From Faecalibaculum rodentium (GTDB lineage Bacteria > Bacillota_I > Bacilli_A > Erysipelotrichales > Erysipelotrichaceae), in contig NZ_CP011391.1 of assembly GCF_001564455.1 (NCBI RefSeq), forward strand, positions 2,100,001-2,132,000: a stretch of DNA of 32,000 bases, read 5' to 3'. Every line of letters starts with the position of its first letter. Within the stretch, counting starts at the first letter, position 1. The position numbers and the translations under genes were made by a program. Of this stretch, positions 23,073-30,722 are shown piece by piece. A model generated the notes under the pieces. That model was not told the DNA's origin. It saw nothing but the letters and a program-made list of their open reading frames with translations, and made no database searches.

Positions 23073-23869
23073 TGTCCGGCAGCCGGCTGTACAGGCATGG
23101 CCCCGGCTTCCTGCTGGAAGGGACACAGCAGCACTTTGCCTGTGCCACGGTAAACATTGACCAGTCCTTCTCCCGAGAGGGCCGATCCCATCAGTGAACT
23201 CGTGGCTTTTTCCACTGTGAACTGCAGCCCGGCACTCCATGCCACGGCCATGTTCCCGTCAATGCGCAGGACATCGTTGTCCAGCTCCACTTCCACCAGC
23301 TCCTCCTGGGGACAGGGAACCTTGACGACCGCCGCGCCGTTTCCCCGCAGGCACAGGCTGAAGAGCCCCTCGTTGCCCAGAGTGGCGGCAGACAGAGAAC
23401 GCCGCATGCTCACTTCCTGCCGGAGGCTGGCTTCGGCCGCCACAAACATGCCGTCATCCAGCACGATCCCGGCTCCCCATTGGGATACATCGATGGCTGC
23501 CAGATAGGAATAGGTGGGTTCCAGCACCAGCGTCCCGGTTCCCTGGTATTCGGGTTTCACCGCCGGGTCCCCGGTCATTTTCGACCGGATCGTCTTGCCG
23601 ATGAAATCCCCGACGCCTTTGAGGCCCGACGTGCCGTGCACATCCCCTGCCATCCACTGCATGGCACCTGGCTGCACCACGACCGCTCCTTTGGAGAGAT
23701 CGCAGACCACCTGCCGCCGGCGGATGTTCATGGCATTGCAGTACCAGGCAAACTGTGCCTGCTGCGGCGCAACGGAGAATTCCCGCTCATACTGGACAAT
23801 GGTGAAGGGGCCGATGGCACTCAGGGTGCGGATGTCGTCGTTGGTCGTGAAGTTGGTGATTTTGTACAT
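23069..23869 (-). CDS. AIM24-family (DUF124) protein
   Basis: 266 aa from ATG 23869 (SD ggaaggaaagg). Typical pattern ...VVQPGAMQWMAGDV...GTGTLVLEPT...GIVLDDGMFVAAE...GEGLVNVYRGTGKVLL. Confidence 0.75.
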   Translation of the reverse strand: MYKITNFTTNDDIRTLSAIGPFTIVQYEREFSVAPQQAQFAWYCNAMNIRRRQVVCDLSKGAVVVQPGAMQWMAGDVHGTSGLKGVGDFIGKTIRSKMTGDPAVKPEYQGTGTLVLEPTYSYLAAIDVSQWGAGIVLDDGMFVAAEASLRQEVSMRRSLSAATLGNEGLFSLCLRGNGAAVVKVPCPQEELVEVELDNDVLRIDGNMAVAWSAGLQFTVEKATSSLMGSALSGEGLVNVYRGTGKVLLCPFQQEAGAMPVQPAAGQ

Positions 23870-23952
23870 GGAAGATCCTTCCTTTCCTTCCAGGGCCGCC
23901 AGGCGGCGTCTGTATGGTTCAGTGTAGCATTTTGCGGCCGCCTGCCAAGCCG

Positions 23953-24012
23953 AAACAGAAAAGAACCGGCCGGTCATCCCTTCCGCCTGGCAGAATCCGG
24001 ATACCGGCCGGT
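23953..24012 (-). terminator. Candidate terminator after the HD-domain gene
   Basis: Two copies of the self-complementary accggccggt (24003-24012 and 23965-23974) can pair. On the minus strand they are followed by ttcttttctgttt. Confidence 0.45.
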
Positions 24013-24013
24013 G

Positions 24014-24541
24014 TTATCGGCTGTTCCCTTTTTTCCTGACCCGACTGTCCAGCTGCCCGAGTTTTCCCGGCCGCAGCTTCCGTCTCCACCAGGCACTGAG
24101 TTCCTGGAAGGTGCTCAGTTTGTCGGCGGCGGTGACCAGCCATCCCTCGCGGTGCCGCGGCGGTTTTGTCAGGGGAAACATGTGGCTGACAATCGCATCC
24201 TGTTCCCGCGGATGGAGTTCATAGTGACGGTGCGCCGCCTCCATGGCCACTTTCGGATGGTGGAATCCATGCGGGCGTGGATGGTCATGGCTCTTGTCAT
24301 GCCAGTCATACAGAAAGTAATCATGCAGCAGGGCGCTGCGGATCACCCGGTCCCGGTCGGCCTTCAGGTTCAGCTTCCGGTTGAGCCACAGGGCGATCCG
24401 GGCGACGTGATGGACATGGGTGTACACCGTGGTGTGACCATGCTGGATGAAGTCCCGGGTCCGGGCCAGCTCTCCGGTCCGGCACAGGTGACGGGAGACA
24501 TCCACAATATGCTTCTGGTCTTCCTCGCTGATTCTGAACAT
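24014..24541 (-). CDS. HD-domain phosphohydrolase
   Basis: FIQHGHTTVYTHVHHVARIALWL...ALLHDYFLYDWH... carries the H...HD motif. ATG 24541 gives an MFRISEED start. The SD is weak, so the start is uncertain. Confidence 0.75.
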   Translation of the reverse strand: MFRISEEDQKHIVDVSRHLCRTGELARTRDFIQHGHTTVYTHVHHVARIALWLNRKLNLKADRDRVIRSALLHDYFLYDWHDKSHDHPRPHGFHHPKVAMEAAHRHYELHPREQDAIVSHMFPLTKPPRHREGWLVTAADKLSTFQELSAWWRRKLRPGKLGQLDSRVRKKGNSR

Positions 24542-24564
24542 ACAGAAAAAGGCCCTGCGACCTC

Positions 24565-24771
24565 TTACATTCCCTGACCGGACTGGTTCTGTTCCCGGAA
24601 GGCCTGTGCCCATTCCGGCTCAAAACCGGCTGTCGTGGTTTCCGGATTCAGGACCTGTGCATGCTCAAGGTTTTCAAAAATCAGGAAAAGCATATAGTCC
24701 GCAAAGGAAAGGCCCAGACTCTGCGCCTTCTGCTGCAGGAACTCAATGTGAAACTGTTCTTCTGTTTTCAT
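24565..24771 (-). CDS. Small hypothetical protein (68 aa)
   Basis: Strong SD aggagg 10 nt upstream of ATG 24771. I recognise no family. Confidence 0.55.
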   Translation of the reverse strand: MKTEEQFHIEFLQQKAQSLGLSFADYMLFLIFENLEHAQVLNPETTTAGFEPEWAQAFREQNQSGQGM

Positions 24772-24806
24772 GACGGATGCACCTCCTACAAGGAGAATAG
24801 CATCCT

Positions 24807-25361
24807 TCAGGCATCGGAACCTTCGGTTTGCCCCGCTCCCGCTGCCTGCACCAGACCTGCCGGCTGGCCGTCCCGGTCAAAGATCAGCTGCATGTCATGC
24901 CAGGTCGTGCCTCCATGCTGCGAGTCTGACTGTCCCATGTCCTGGAACCCGAACCGGGAATAATAATGAACCAGGTGATCCTTGCACGTGAGGCCCACCC
25001 CCTTCTGTCCACGCTTCCGCGCCAGGGAAATGTAGCTGCGCAGCAGCGTGCCTGCAAGTCCGTGCTCCCTTGCATTCGGGTGCACCCCCAGACCGAACAC
25101 CAGCAGATAGTCTCCTGCCGAATCATGCAGGGAGGCATCGTGATACATCCGGTCTTCGATCTTCGGCGTGGCCGCGCTGCATCCGTTGATATAGCCGCGG
25201 ATGACGCCGTCGCTTTCCGCCACCAGGAAATTATCCGGGAATGTTTCATACCGTGCCCGCATCACATCTGAAGGAGCGGCTTCCGCTTTCGGAAAGCATA
25301 CATGTTCCAGAGCCGCCAGGGTCTTGACTTCCGAGTCCCTCGGTTTTCTGATTACCAGCAT
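24807..25361 (-). CDS. GNAT-family N-acetyltransferase
   Basis: 184 aa. LVFGLGVHPNAREHGLAGTLLRSYISLARKRG...YYSRFGF is the acetyl-CoA binding motif region. SD aaggagg. Confidence 0.85.
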   Translation of the reverse strand: MLVIRKPRDSEVKTLAALEHVCFPKAEAAPSDVMRARYETFPDNFLVAESDGVIRGYINGCSAATPKIEDRMYHDASLHDSAGDYLLVFGLGVHPNAREHGLAGTLLRSYISLARKRGQKGVGLTCKDHLVHYYSRFGFQDMGQSDSQHGGTTWHDMQLIFDRDGQPAGLVQAAGAGQTEGSDA

Positions 25362-25409
25362 TTCCGTTCCTCCTTTCTTTCATCCCACAGATTATAAAGG
25401 AAGTGTCTC

Positions 25410-25649
25410 TCAGCCGCAAACAGGCCGCTGACTCTCGACAAACCACCGGTCCCTTTCCCAGTACAAAAGACGCAGCTGTCCCCGGATCCGGCAGGTGTAG
25501 CAGATCCCGCACCCGCCATCGGGGCTGAACCGCCGATGGACGGACAGCACCTGTTCGATCGGGTACTTTCCCTGCTCCAGGCAGATTTCCAGGGGACGGA
25601 GCCGGCCATCCGCGCTGATGTAGGTCACCACGTCCACATAGGTCTTCAC
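25410..25649 (-). CDS. Small hypothetical protein (79 aa) immediately downstream of dinB
   Basis: GTG start 25649 is preceded by ggtgaggaaat, 30 nt after the dinB stop. The sequence ...RPLEICLEQGKYPIEQVLSVHRRFSPDGGCGICYTCRIRGQLRLLYWERDRWFVE resembles small proteins I recall seeing next to Y-family polymerases, but I cannot assign a family. Confidence 0.5.
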   Translation of the reverse strand: MKTYVDVVTYISADGRLRPLEICLEQGKYPIEQVLSVHRRFSPDGGCGICYTCRIRGQLRLLYWERDRWFVESQRPVCG

Positions 25650-25679
25650 ATTTCCTCACCCTTTTCTCCCATCCGGCTC

Positions 25680-26942
25680 TCAGTTCACAGGACCGCGAAG
25701 AAACCCCACCGGATGCACCTGGTGCAGGTGCCCCAGGGGATCGAAGTCCGTGAGGTCCACATCCACCCGCATGGAGGCCATGCGGCACTTGTCATAGCCG
25801 TAGCGGACCCGGATCTCGTTGACGGCATCCTCCAGGCTTCGCTGCCGGCTGCGGCTGTCGGGGCGGGAAAACAGATCCGGCTGGTCAAACCCCGGTCCGC
25901 AGACCAGGTCCGAGACCTGGATCCCCACACTCCGCAGGGAAAGAGACGAAAGATGCTGCCGGTCGATCAGGCCGTACACCGCGGCTGTCAGGTCACTGGC
26001 CAGATCCGTGGGCTGCAGCAGCCGGACCTGATGCGACCCTTTCCAGCGCAGGTCCGTGCCCCGCAGGGCCAGGGAGACGACCCACCCCCGCAGGCCTGCG
26101 GCCCGCAGCCGGGCGGCGGCCGATTCGCACAGCACGCGGCACACCTGCCGCAGCTGCCGGAGCGTGGTCACGTCATGGACCAGGGTCTTGGAGCTTCCCA
26201 CGGATTTCGCCTGTTCCTGATGACCGCTGCAAAGCACGGGGGACATGTCGAATCCCCGGGCACAGCGCCAGAGCAGGCCGCCGATTTTTCCCAGGCGCCT
26301 GGTGACGGCCATGCCGTCGGTCTGCGCCAGATCGCCAATGGTGAACAGTCCCATGGCATTGAGCTTGAGCTGGGTGCGGCGGCCGATCATGATCAGCTCC
26401 TCCACCGGCAACGGCCATACCAGCTCCCGATAGTTTTCCGGGGTGATCACCGTAAACCCCATTTGCTTGTCCAGGTCCGAGCCGAGCTTGGCAAACACCC
26501 GGTTCCAGGACACCCCCATGGAAACCCGGATGCCGAAACACTGATAGACTTCCTGCTGGATGCGCCTGGCCAGTTCCAGGGGATCGCCGTACAGCCGTTT
26601 TGTCCCGGTGAGATCGAACCAGGCTTCATCCAGCCCGAAGGACTCCACCCGGTCCGTGTACTGCCGGTAAATGTCCTTGATCTGTTCCGTGCAGTACATG
26701 TAGGCCTCGTAGTCCGGGTGCAGGATCACAAGATCGGGGCACTTGCGCCTGGCTTCATGGAGGGATTCAGCCGTCAAGACACCCGCGGCTTTGGCCAGGT
26801 CGTTCTTGGCCAGGATGATCCCATGCCGCTTTTCGGCACTGCCGCCCACGGCCATGGGGACATGGCGCAGGGCAGGATTCCGCATTTCTTCCAGCTGTGC
26901 ATAGCAGTGGTTGATGTCACTGTGAACAATAACGCGATTCAT
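25680..26942 (-). CDS. dinB: DNA polymerase IV (Y-family)
   Basis: MNRVIVHSDINHCYAQLE...SFGLDEAWFDLTG...GVSWNRVFAKLGSD are typical. The ATG at 26942 lies 6 nt after a TATGAT -10, so the mRNA is predicted to be leaderless. The 651-aa track ORF is an antisense extension across the repressor gene. Confidence 0.9.
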   Translation of the reverse strand: MNRVIVHSDINHCYAQLEEMRNPALRHVPMAVGGSAEKRHGIILAKNDLAKAAGVLTAESLHEARRKCPDLVILHPDYEAYMYCTEQIKDIYRQYTDRVESFGLDEAWFDLTGTKRLYGDPLELARRIQQEVYQCFGIRVSMGVSWNRVFAKLGSDLDKQMGFTVITPENYRELVWPLPVEELIMIGRRTQLKLNAMGLFTIGDLAQTDGMAVTRRLGKIGGLLWRCARGFDMSPVLCSGHQEQAKSVGSSKTLVHDVTTLRQLRQVCRVLCESAAARLRAAGLRGWVVSLALRGTDLRWKGSHQVRLLQPTDLASDLTAAVYGLIDRQHLSSLSLRSVGIQVSDLVCGPGFDQPDLFSRPDSRSRQRSLEDAVNEIRVRYGYDKCRMASMRVDVDLTDFDPLGHLHQVHPVGFLRGPVN

Positions 26943-26948
26943 GGCCCC

Positions 26949-27020
26949 ATCATAAACCATTCGTTGACCATGCGCAATAATAGCGCAACAAGTTTTTGTC
27001 CGCCCGTTCTGTGGTATACT
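26949..27020. promoter_or_regulatory. Divergent promoter/operator region between dinB and the XRE-S24 repressor
   Basis: Minus strand: TTGCGC (26977..26972), 17 nt, TATGAT (26954..26949), 6 nt, then the dinB ATG. Plus strand: extended -10 TGgTATACT (27012-27020), 6 nt, then the repressor ATG. The inverted repeat TGCGC-aataata-GCGCA (26971-26987) overlaps the dinB -35. Confidence 0.55.
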
Positions 27021-27026
27021 TTTCGT

Positions 27027-27623
27027 ATGAAGATACAAGAGATACTGTCCGAGTTCAAGCGGCAGAACAATGCAACGAATCTGTACATTGCCGAGAAGAT
27101 CGGCGTGACGCCTTCCACCGTTTCCCGCTGGTGCCGGGGGCAGATCAAGCACATTGCACCGGCCACCATGGAGCGGCTCTCCGACCTGCTGGGCACGGAT
27201 GTGCGCGCCCTGACACAGGCCATTGACTTCCAGCTGGAAAAACCTGTCCTGGGCACCGTGAAGGCCGGGTACGGCCTTCTGGCAGAGGAAAACCTGGACG
27301 GCTACATGTCGGTGTCCCAGGAAGACTTCGACCGGGGCGACTACTTCCTGCGGGTGACCGGAGACTCCATGAACGGGGCCCATATCCTGGACGGCGACCT
27401 TCTGTATGTGAAATCCTGCAATGACGTGCCCTCCGGTGCCATTGCCATCATCCTGATCGGCGGCGAGGAAGCCACGGTGAAAAAACTGATCAAGAAAAAG
27501 GGCTACTGGATCCTGCAGGCGGCTAATCCCGATGTGGAGCCCATGGTCTTCACGGAAAAGGAAATCGGGGAGCTGCCGGTCCAGATCATCGGCCGGGCCC
27601 TGTACGCCCGCACCGATCTGTAA
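27027..27623 (+). CDS. XRE-family HTH + S24 peptidase repressor (LexA/CI-like, self-cleaving type)
   Basis: 198 aa. HTH LYIAEKIGVTPSTVSRWCRGQ. S24 domain with GDSMNG (Ser nucleophile) and ATVKKL (Lys). The first 497 codons of track ORF 25536..27623 are antisense to dinB and are rejected. Confidence 0.85.
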   Translation: MKIQEILSEFKRQNNATNLYIAEKIGVTPSTVSRWCRGQIKHIAPATMERLSDLLGTDVRALTQAIDFQLEKPVLGTVKAGYGLLAEENLDGYMSVSQEDFDRGDYFLRVTGDSMNGAHILDGDLLYVKSCNDVPSGAIAIILIGGEEATVKKLIKKKGYWILQAANPDVEPMVFTEKEIGELPVQIIGRALYARTDL

Positions 27624-27714
27624 CCTCCGGCACATCCGCAGAACAGGTTTTCCACCCGGGTCCCTTACCTAAAGGGCCTGCAGGGGAATTCGGGTTTTTG
27701 TCAGGATTTCAAGA

Positions 27715-27743
27715 TTGAATACGGATTTGTTTTACGCGATAAT
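27715..27743 (+). promoter_or_regulatory. Candidate nrdD promoter TTGAAT-17-GATAAT
   Basis: ttgaat at 27715-27720, a 17-nt spacer, and gataat at 27738-27743. The predicted TSS is near 27750. Confidence 0.5.
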
Positions 27744-27752
27744 GACGTGGCC

Positions 27753-27790
27753 GGAGGAGAAATGGTTGAACCTTCAACCATTTCTCCTCC
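27753..27790 (+). promoter_or_regulatory. Perfect 18-bp-stem hairpin / 38-bp palindrome at the predicted 5' end of the nrdD mRNA
   Basis: ggaggagaaatggttgaa-cc-ttcaaccatttctcctcc. The arms are exactly complementary. The left arm contains GGAGGA plus an ATG (27762) in frame with nrdD. No T-run follows. Confidence 0.8.
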
Positions 27791-27821
27791 ATACATACGA
27801 AAGCAGGAGGAATTTCAGACC

Positions 27822-29996
27822 ATGAACGTCATCAAACGCAGCGGCGAAGAAGTCCAGTTCGATATAGACAAAATTGTAAACGCTATCCGCAAGGCCAACG
27901 CAGCCACGCCTCAGGAACAGATGAGCGACCAGGAGATCCTTGCCATTTCCCGGGCAGTCGAAGAAACCTGTGTTTCGCTGAAACGGGCCAGCAGCGTGGA
28001 GGAAATCCAGGACCTGGTGGAAAGGGAAATCATGTCCCACGGGTATTTTTCTGTTGCGAAAAACTACATCACCTACCGGTATGAGCGGGCGCTGGTGCGC
28101 AAGGCCAACTCCACGGACCAGCAGATCATGAGCCTGCTGGAGCGCAACAACGAGGAAGTGAAGCAGGAAAACTCCAACAAGAATCCCCTGGTCAACAGCG
28201 TGCAGCGTGACTATATGGCCGGCGAGGTGTCCAAGGACATCACCCGCCGCTTCCTGCTTCCCCAGGATGTCATGGAAGCCCACGAACAGGGCATCATCCA
28301 CTTTCACGATTCCGACTATTTTGCCCAGCACATGCACAACTGCTGCCTGGTGGATCTGGAAGACATGCTGCAGAACGGCACTGTCATTTCCGAGACCATG
28401 ATTGAGAAACCCCACAGCTTCTCCACTGCCTGCAACGTGGCCACGCAGATCATTGCCCAGGTGGCCAGCTCCCAGTACGGCGGCCAGTCCATCACCCTGT
28501 CCCACCTGGCACCCTTCGTGCAGGTGAGCCGGGACAAGGCCCGCCGGGAAGTCCGCGAGGAACTGGAAAACTCCGGCATGTCCTTCACCGAAGAACAGGT
28601 CAATGACATGGCCGAAATGCGGGTGCGCCGCGAAATCGAAAAGGGCGTGCAGACCATTCAGTATCAGGTCATCACGCTCATGACCACCAACGGCCAGGCT
28701 CCCTTTGTCACGGTGTTCATGTACCTGAATGAAGTCGAGGACCCCCGGACCCGCAAAGACCTGGCGATGATCATCGAAGAAATGCTGAAGCAGCGCATCC
28801 AGGGCGTGAAAAACGAAAAGGGCGTATACATTACGCCGGCATTCCCCAAGCTGATCTATGTGCTGCAGCCCGACAACATCACCCCGGGATCCGAATACTA
28901 CTACCTGACGGAGCTGGCAGCCCGCTGCACAGCCCACCGCATGGTGCCGGACTACATCTCGGAAAAGAGCATGCTGAACCTGAAGATCGACAAAAACGGT
29001 GACGGCCACTGCTATCCCTGCATGGGCTGCCGTTCCTTCCTGACTCCCTATGTCACACCCTCCGGCAAACCGAAGTACTACGGCCGGTTCAACCAGGGTG
29101 TGGTGACCATCAACCTGGTGGATGCTGCCTGCTCCTCCAATGGCGACATGGAGGCATTCTGGAACATCCTCGACGAACGGCTGGAGCTGTGCTACAAGGC
29201 ACTGATGATCCGGCACAACCGGCTGAAGGGGACCCCGAGCGACGTGGCTCCCATTCTGTGGCAGGACGGCGCGCTGGCGCGGCTGAAGAAGGGGGAGACC
29301 ATCGACAAGCTGCTGTATGGCGGGTATTCCACCATTTCCCTGGGCTACGCCGGTCTGTGCGAATGTGTGCGCCGGATGACCGGTGTGGATCACACAAAGC
29401 CTGAAGGCACGAAGTTCGGCCTGGAGGTCATGCAGCACCTCAACGATGCCTGTGCAAAGTGGCGCGCTGAAACCAACATCGACTTCTCCCTGTACGGCAC
29501 GCCCATGGAGTCCACGACGTACAAGTTTGCCAAAAAGCTGCAGGAACGCTTCGGCATCATCCCGGGCGTCACGGATGCCAGCTACATCACAAACAGCTAT
29601 CACGTGAATGTGAAGGAAGAAATCAACGCCTTCGACAAGCTGACCTTCGAATCGCAGTTCCAGCGGCTGTCTCCGGGTGGTGCGATTTCCTATGTGGAAG
29701 TGCCCAACATGGAGAACAACATTCCTGCTGTCATGGCCCTGCTCACTCACATTTATGACTCCATCATGTATGCGGAGCTGAACACCAAGAGCGACTATTG
29801 TCAGGAGTGCGGCTATACCGGCGAAATCCAGATCGTGGAGGATGAAAACCACAAGCTGATCTGGGAATGTCCGAACTGCCACAACCACAACCAGGAGACC
29901 ATGAATGTGGCCCGGCGCACCTGTGGCTACATAGGCACGCAGTTCTGGAATCAGGGGCGCACCCAGGAGATCAAGGACCGCGTCCTGCACCTGTAG
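27822..29996 (+). CDS. nrdD: Anaerobic ribonucleoside-triphosphate reductase
   Basis: 724 aa from ATG 27822 (SD aggagg). ATP-cone start MNVIKRSGEEVQFDIDKIVNAI. C-terminal zinc ribbon CQECGYTG...CPNCHN. Glycyl radical motif RRTCGYIG. Confidence 0.95.
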   Translation: MNVIKRSGEEVQFDIDKIVNAIRKANAATPQEQMSDQEILAISRAVEETCVSLKRASSVEEIQDLVEREIMSHGYFSVAKNYITYRYERALVRKANSTDQQIMSLLERNNEEVKQENSNKNPLVNSVQRDYMAGEVSKDITRRFLLPQDVMEAHEQGIIHFHDSDYFAQHMHNCCLVDLEDMLQNGTVISETMIEKPHSFSTACNVATQIIAQVASSQYGGQSITLSHLAPFVQVSRDKARREVREELENSGMSFTEEQVNDMAEMRVRREIEKGVQTIQYQVITLMTTNGQAPFVTVFMYLNEVEDPRTRKDLAMIIEEMLKQRIQGVKNEKGVYITPAFPKLIYVLQPDNITPGSEYYYLTELAARCTAHRMVPDYISEKSMLNLKIDKNGDGHCYPCMGCRSFLTPYVTPSGKPKYYGRFNQGVVTINLVDAACSSNGDMEAFWNILDERLELCYKALMIRHNRLKGTPSDVAPILWQDGALARLKKGETIDKLLYGGYSTISLGYAGLCECVRRMTGVDHTKPEGTKFGLEVMQHLNDACAKWRAETNIDFSLYGTPMESTTYKFAKKLQERFGIIPGVTDASYITNSYHVNVKEEINAFDKLTFESQFQRLSPGGAISYVEVPNMENNIPAVMALLTHIYDSIMYAELNTKSDYCQECGYTGEIQIVEDENHKLIWECPNCHNHNQETMNVARRTCGYIGTQFWNQGRTQEIKDRVLHL

Positions 29997-30026
29997 GCCG
30001 GAGAACAGATACAGATATATGGAAAA

Positions 30027-30056
30027 GCACCGGATGCAGGCAGACCGGTGCTTTTT
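30027..30056 (+). terminator. Rho-independent terminator after nrdD
   Basis: gcaccgg-atgcaggcaga-ccggtgc followed by ttttt, 30 nt after the nrdD stop. Confidence 0.8.
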
Positions 30057-30164
30057 GATTCTGGCAGCCGTCGAAAAGGCGAATAGTGAACAGGACAGGA
30101 AATATACCCGGAGTGATATAAAACCGAGCAAATCAATGAGTCAAAACTCTATTTATACCCGATA

Positions 30165-30173
30165 TGTTATAAT
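30165..30173 (+). promoter_or_regulatory. Extended -10 (TGtTATAAT) 6 nt upstream of the hipB-like ATG (leaderless mRNA predicted)
   Basis: tgttataat at 30165-30173, then cagaat, then ATG 30180. No SD is present. Confidence 0.5.
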
Positions 30174-30179
30174 CAGAAT

Positions 30180-30419
30180 ATGAATTACGATAACCCTATC
30201 GGACAGTGGCTGAAAAAGGAAAGACGCGCTGCGGGTCTCACACAGGAGCAGTTTGCGCTGTACTCAGGTCTGGGACTGCGGTTTGTCCGTGATCTTGAAC
30301 AAGGCAAACCGACAGTGCGACTGGATAAAGTGAACCAGGCTCTGGCCATGTTCAACAAACAGGCCGTTGTGGGTGATCTGCAGGAGGAACGACATGGCAA
30401 CCATACTCAGGAGTGGTGA
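30180..30419 (+). CDS. XRE-family HTH protein, HipB-like
   Basis: 79 aa. IGQWLKKERRAAGLTQEQFALYSGLGLRFVRDLEQGKPTVRLDKVNQAL. It is the first gene of a three-gene Hip module. Confidence 0.8.
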   Translation: MNYDNPIGQWLKKERRAAGLTQEQFALYSGLGLRFVRDLEQGKPTVRLDKVNQALAMFNKQAVVGDLQEERHGNHTQEW

Positions 30420-30722
30420 TGTATAGATCCAAAACAGGAAAGGCGGAAAAATTCTGGAAACGGATGAAGGGTACCAGTTTCAGTACCTCCCTGAATATCT
30501 GAACAATCACCCGGTTCCCGCCAGTTTGACTCTTCCTTTGCAGTCCGGACCTTACCAGTCACAGACACTCTTCCCTTTTTCGATGGACTCATTCCCGAAG
30601 GCTGGCTGCTGGATATCGCAATGAAAAACCGGAAACTCAACCATGAAGACAGATTCGGGCTTCTGCTGACTGTCTGCAAAGACAGCATTGGTGATGTAAG
30701 GATAGAAAGAAGCTCTGTATGA
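30394..30722 (+). pseudogene. HipA N-terminal-domain (HipS-like) gene disrupted by an in-frame TAG and a -1 frameshift
   Basis: ATG 30394 has a strong SD (caggaggaacgac). Translation: MATILRSGDV, TAG (30424-30426), IQNRKGGKILETDEGYQFQYLPEYLNNHPVPASLTLPLQSGPYQSQTLFPF. The frame then shifts at or just before the T5 run 30576-30580, and the reading continues (F)DGLIPEGWLLDIAMKNRKLNHEDRFGLLLTVCKDSIGDVRIERSSV to TGA 30720-30722, which overlaps the kinase ATG. It is absent from the ORF track because neither piece starts with a start codon. Confidence 0.7.

Noticed and set aside
25536-27026. N-terminal 497 codons of the 695-aa plus-strand ORF that ends as the XRE-S24 repressor, and the reciprocal 26943..27635 extension of the dinB ORF
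   Set aside because: Each extension is antisense to the other gene's well-supported coding region. The HTH and the polymerase N-terminus begin at internal ATGs (27027 and 26942) with promoter elements directly upstream.
27624-27821. NrdR boxes or a cobalamin riboswitch upstream of nrdD
   Set aside because: I could not find a pair of NrdR-type 16-bp palindromes or any B12-box-like core. The leader is too short (~70 nt) for a riboswitch. Only the 38-bp palindrome is present, and it is reported separately.
27774-30131. 785-aa minus-strand ORF antisense to nrdD
   Set aside because: The same reasoning applies. NrdD motifs (ATP cone, zinc ribbon, RTCGYIG) are on the plus strand, and the antisense product is low-complexity.
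30424-30426. In-frame TAG of the HipS-like gene as pyrrolysine or a reassigned sense codon
   Set aside because: The glycyl radical enzyme gene ends in TAG (8135-8137) exactly where homologues end, so TAG functions as a stop in this genome. No pyl genes are visible, and the same gene also carries a frameshift.
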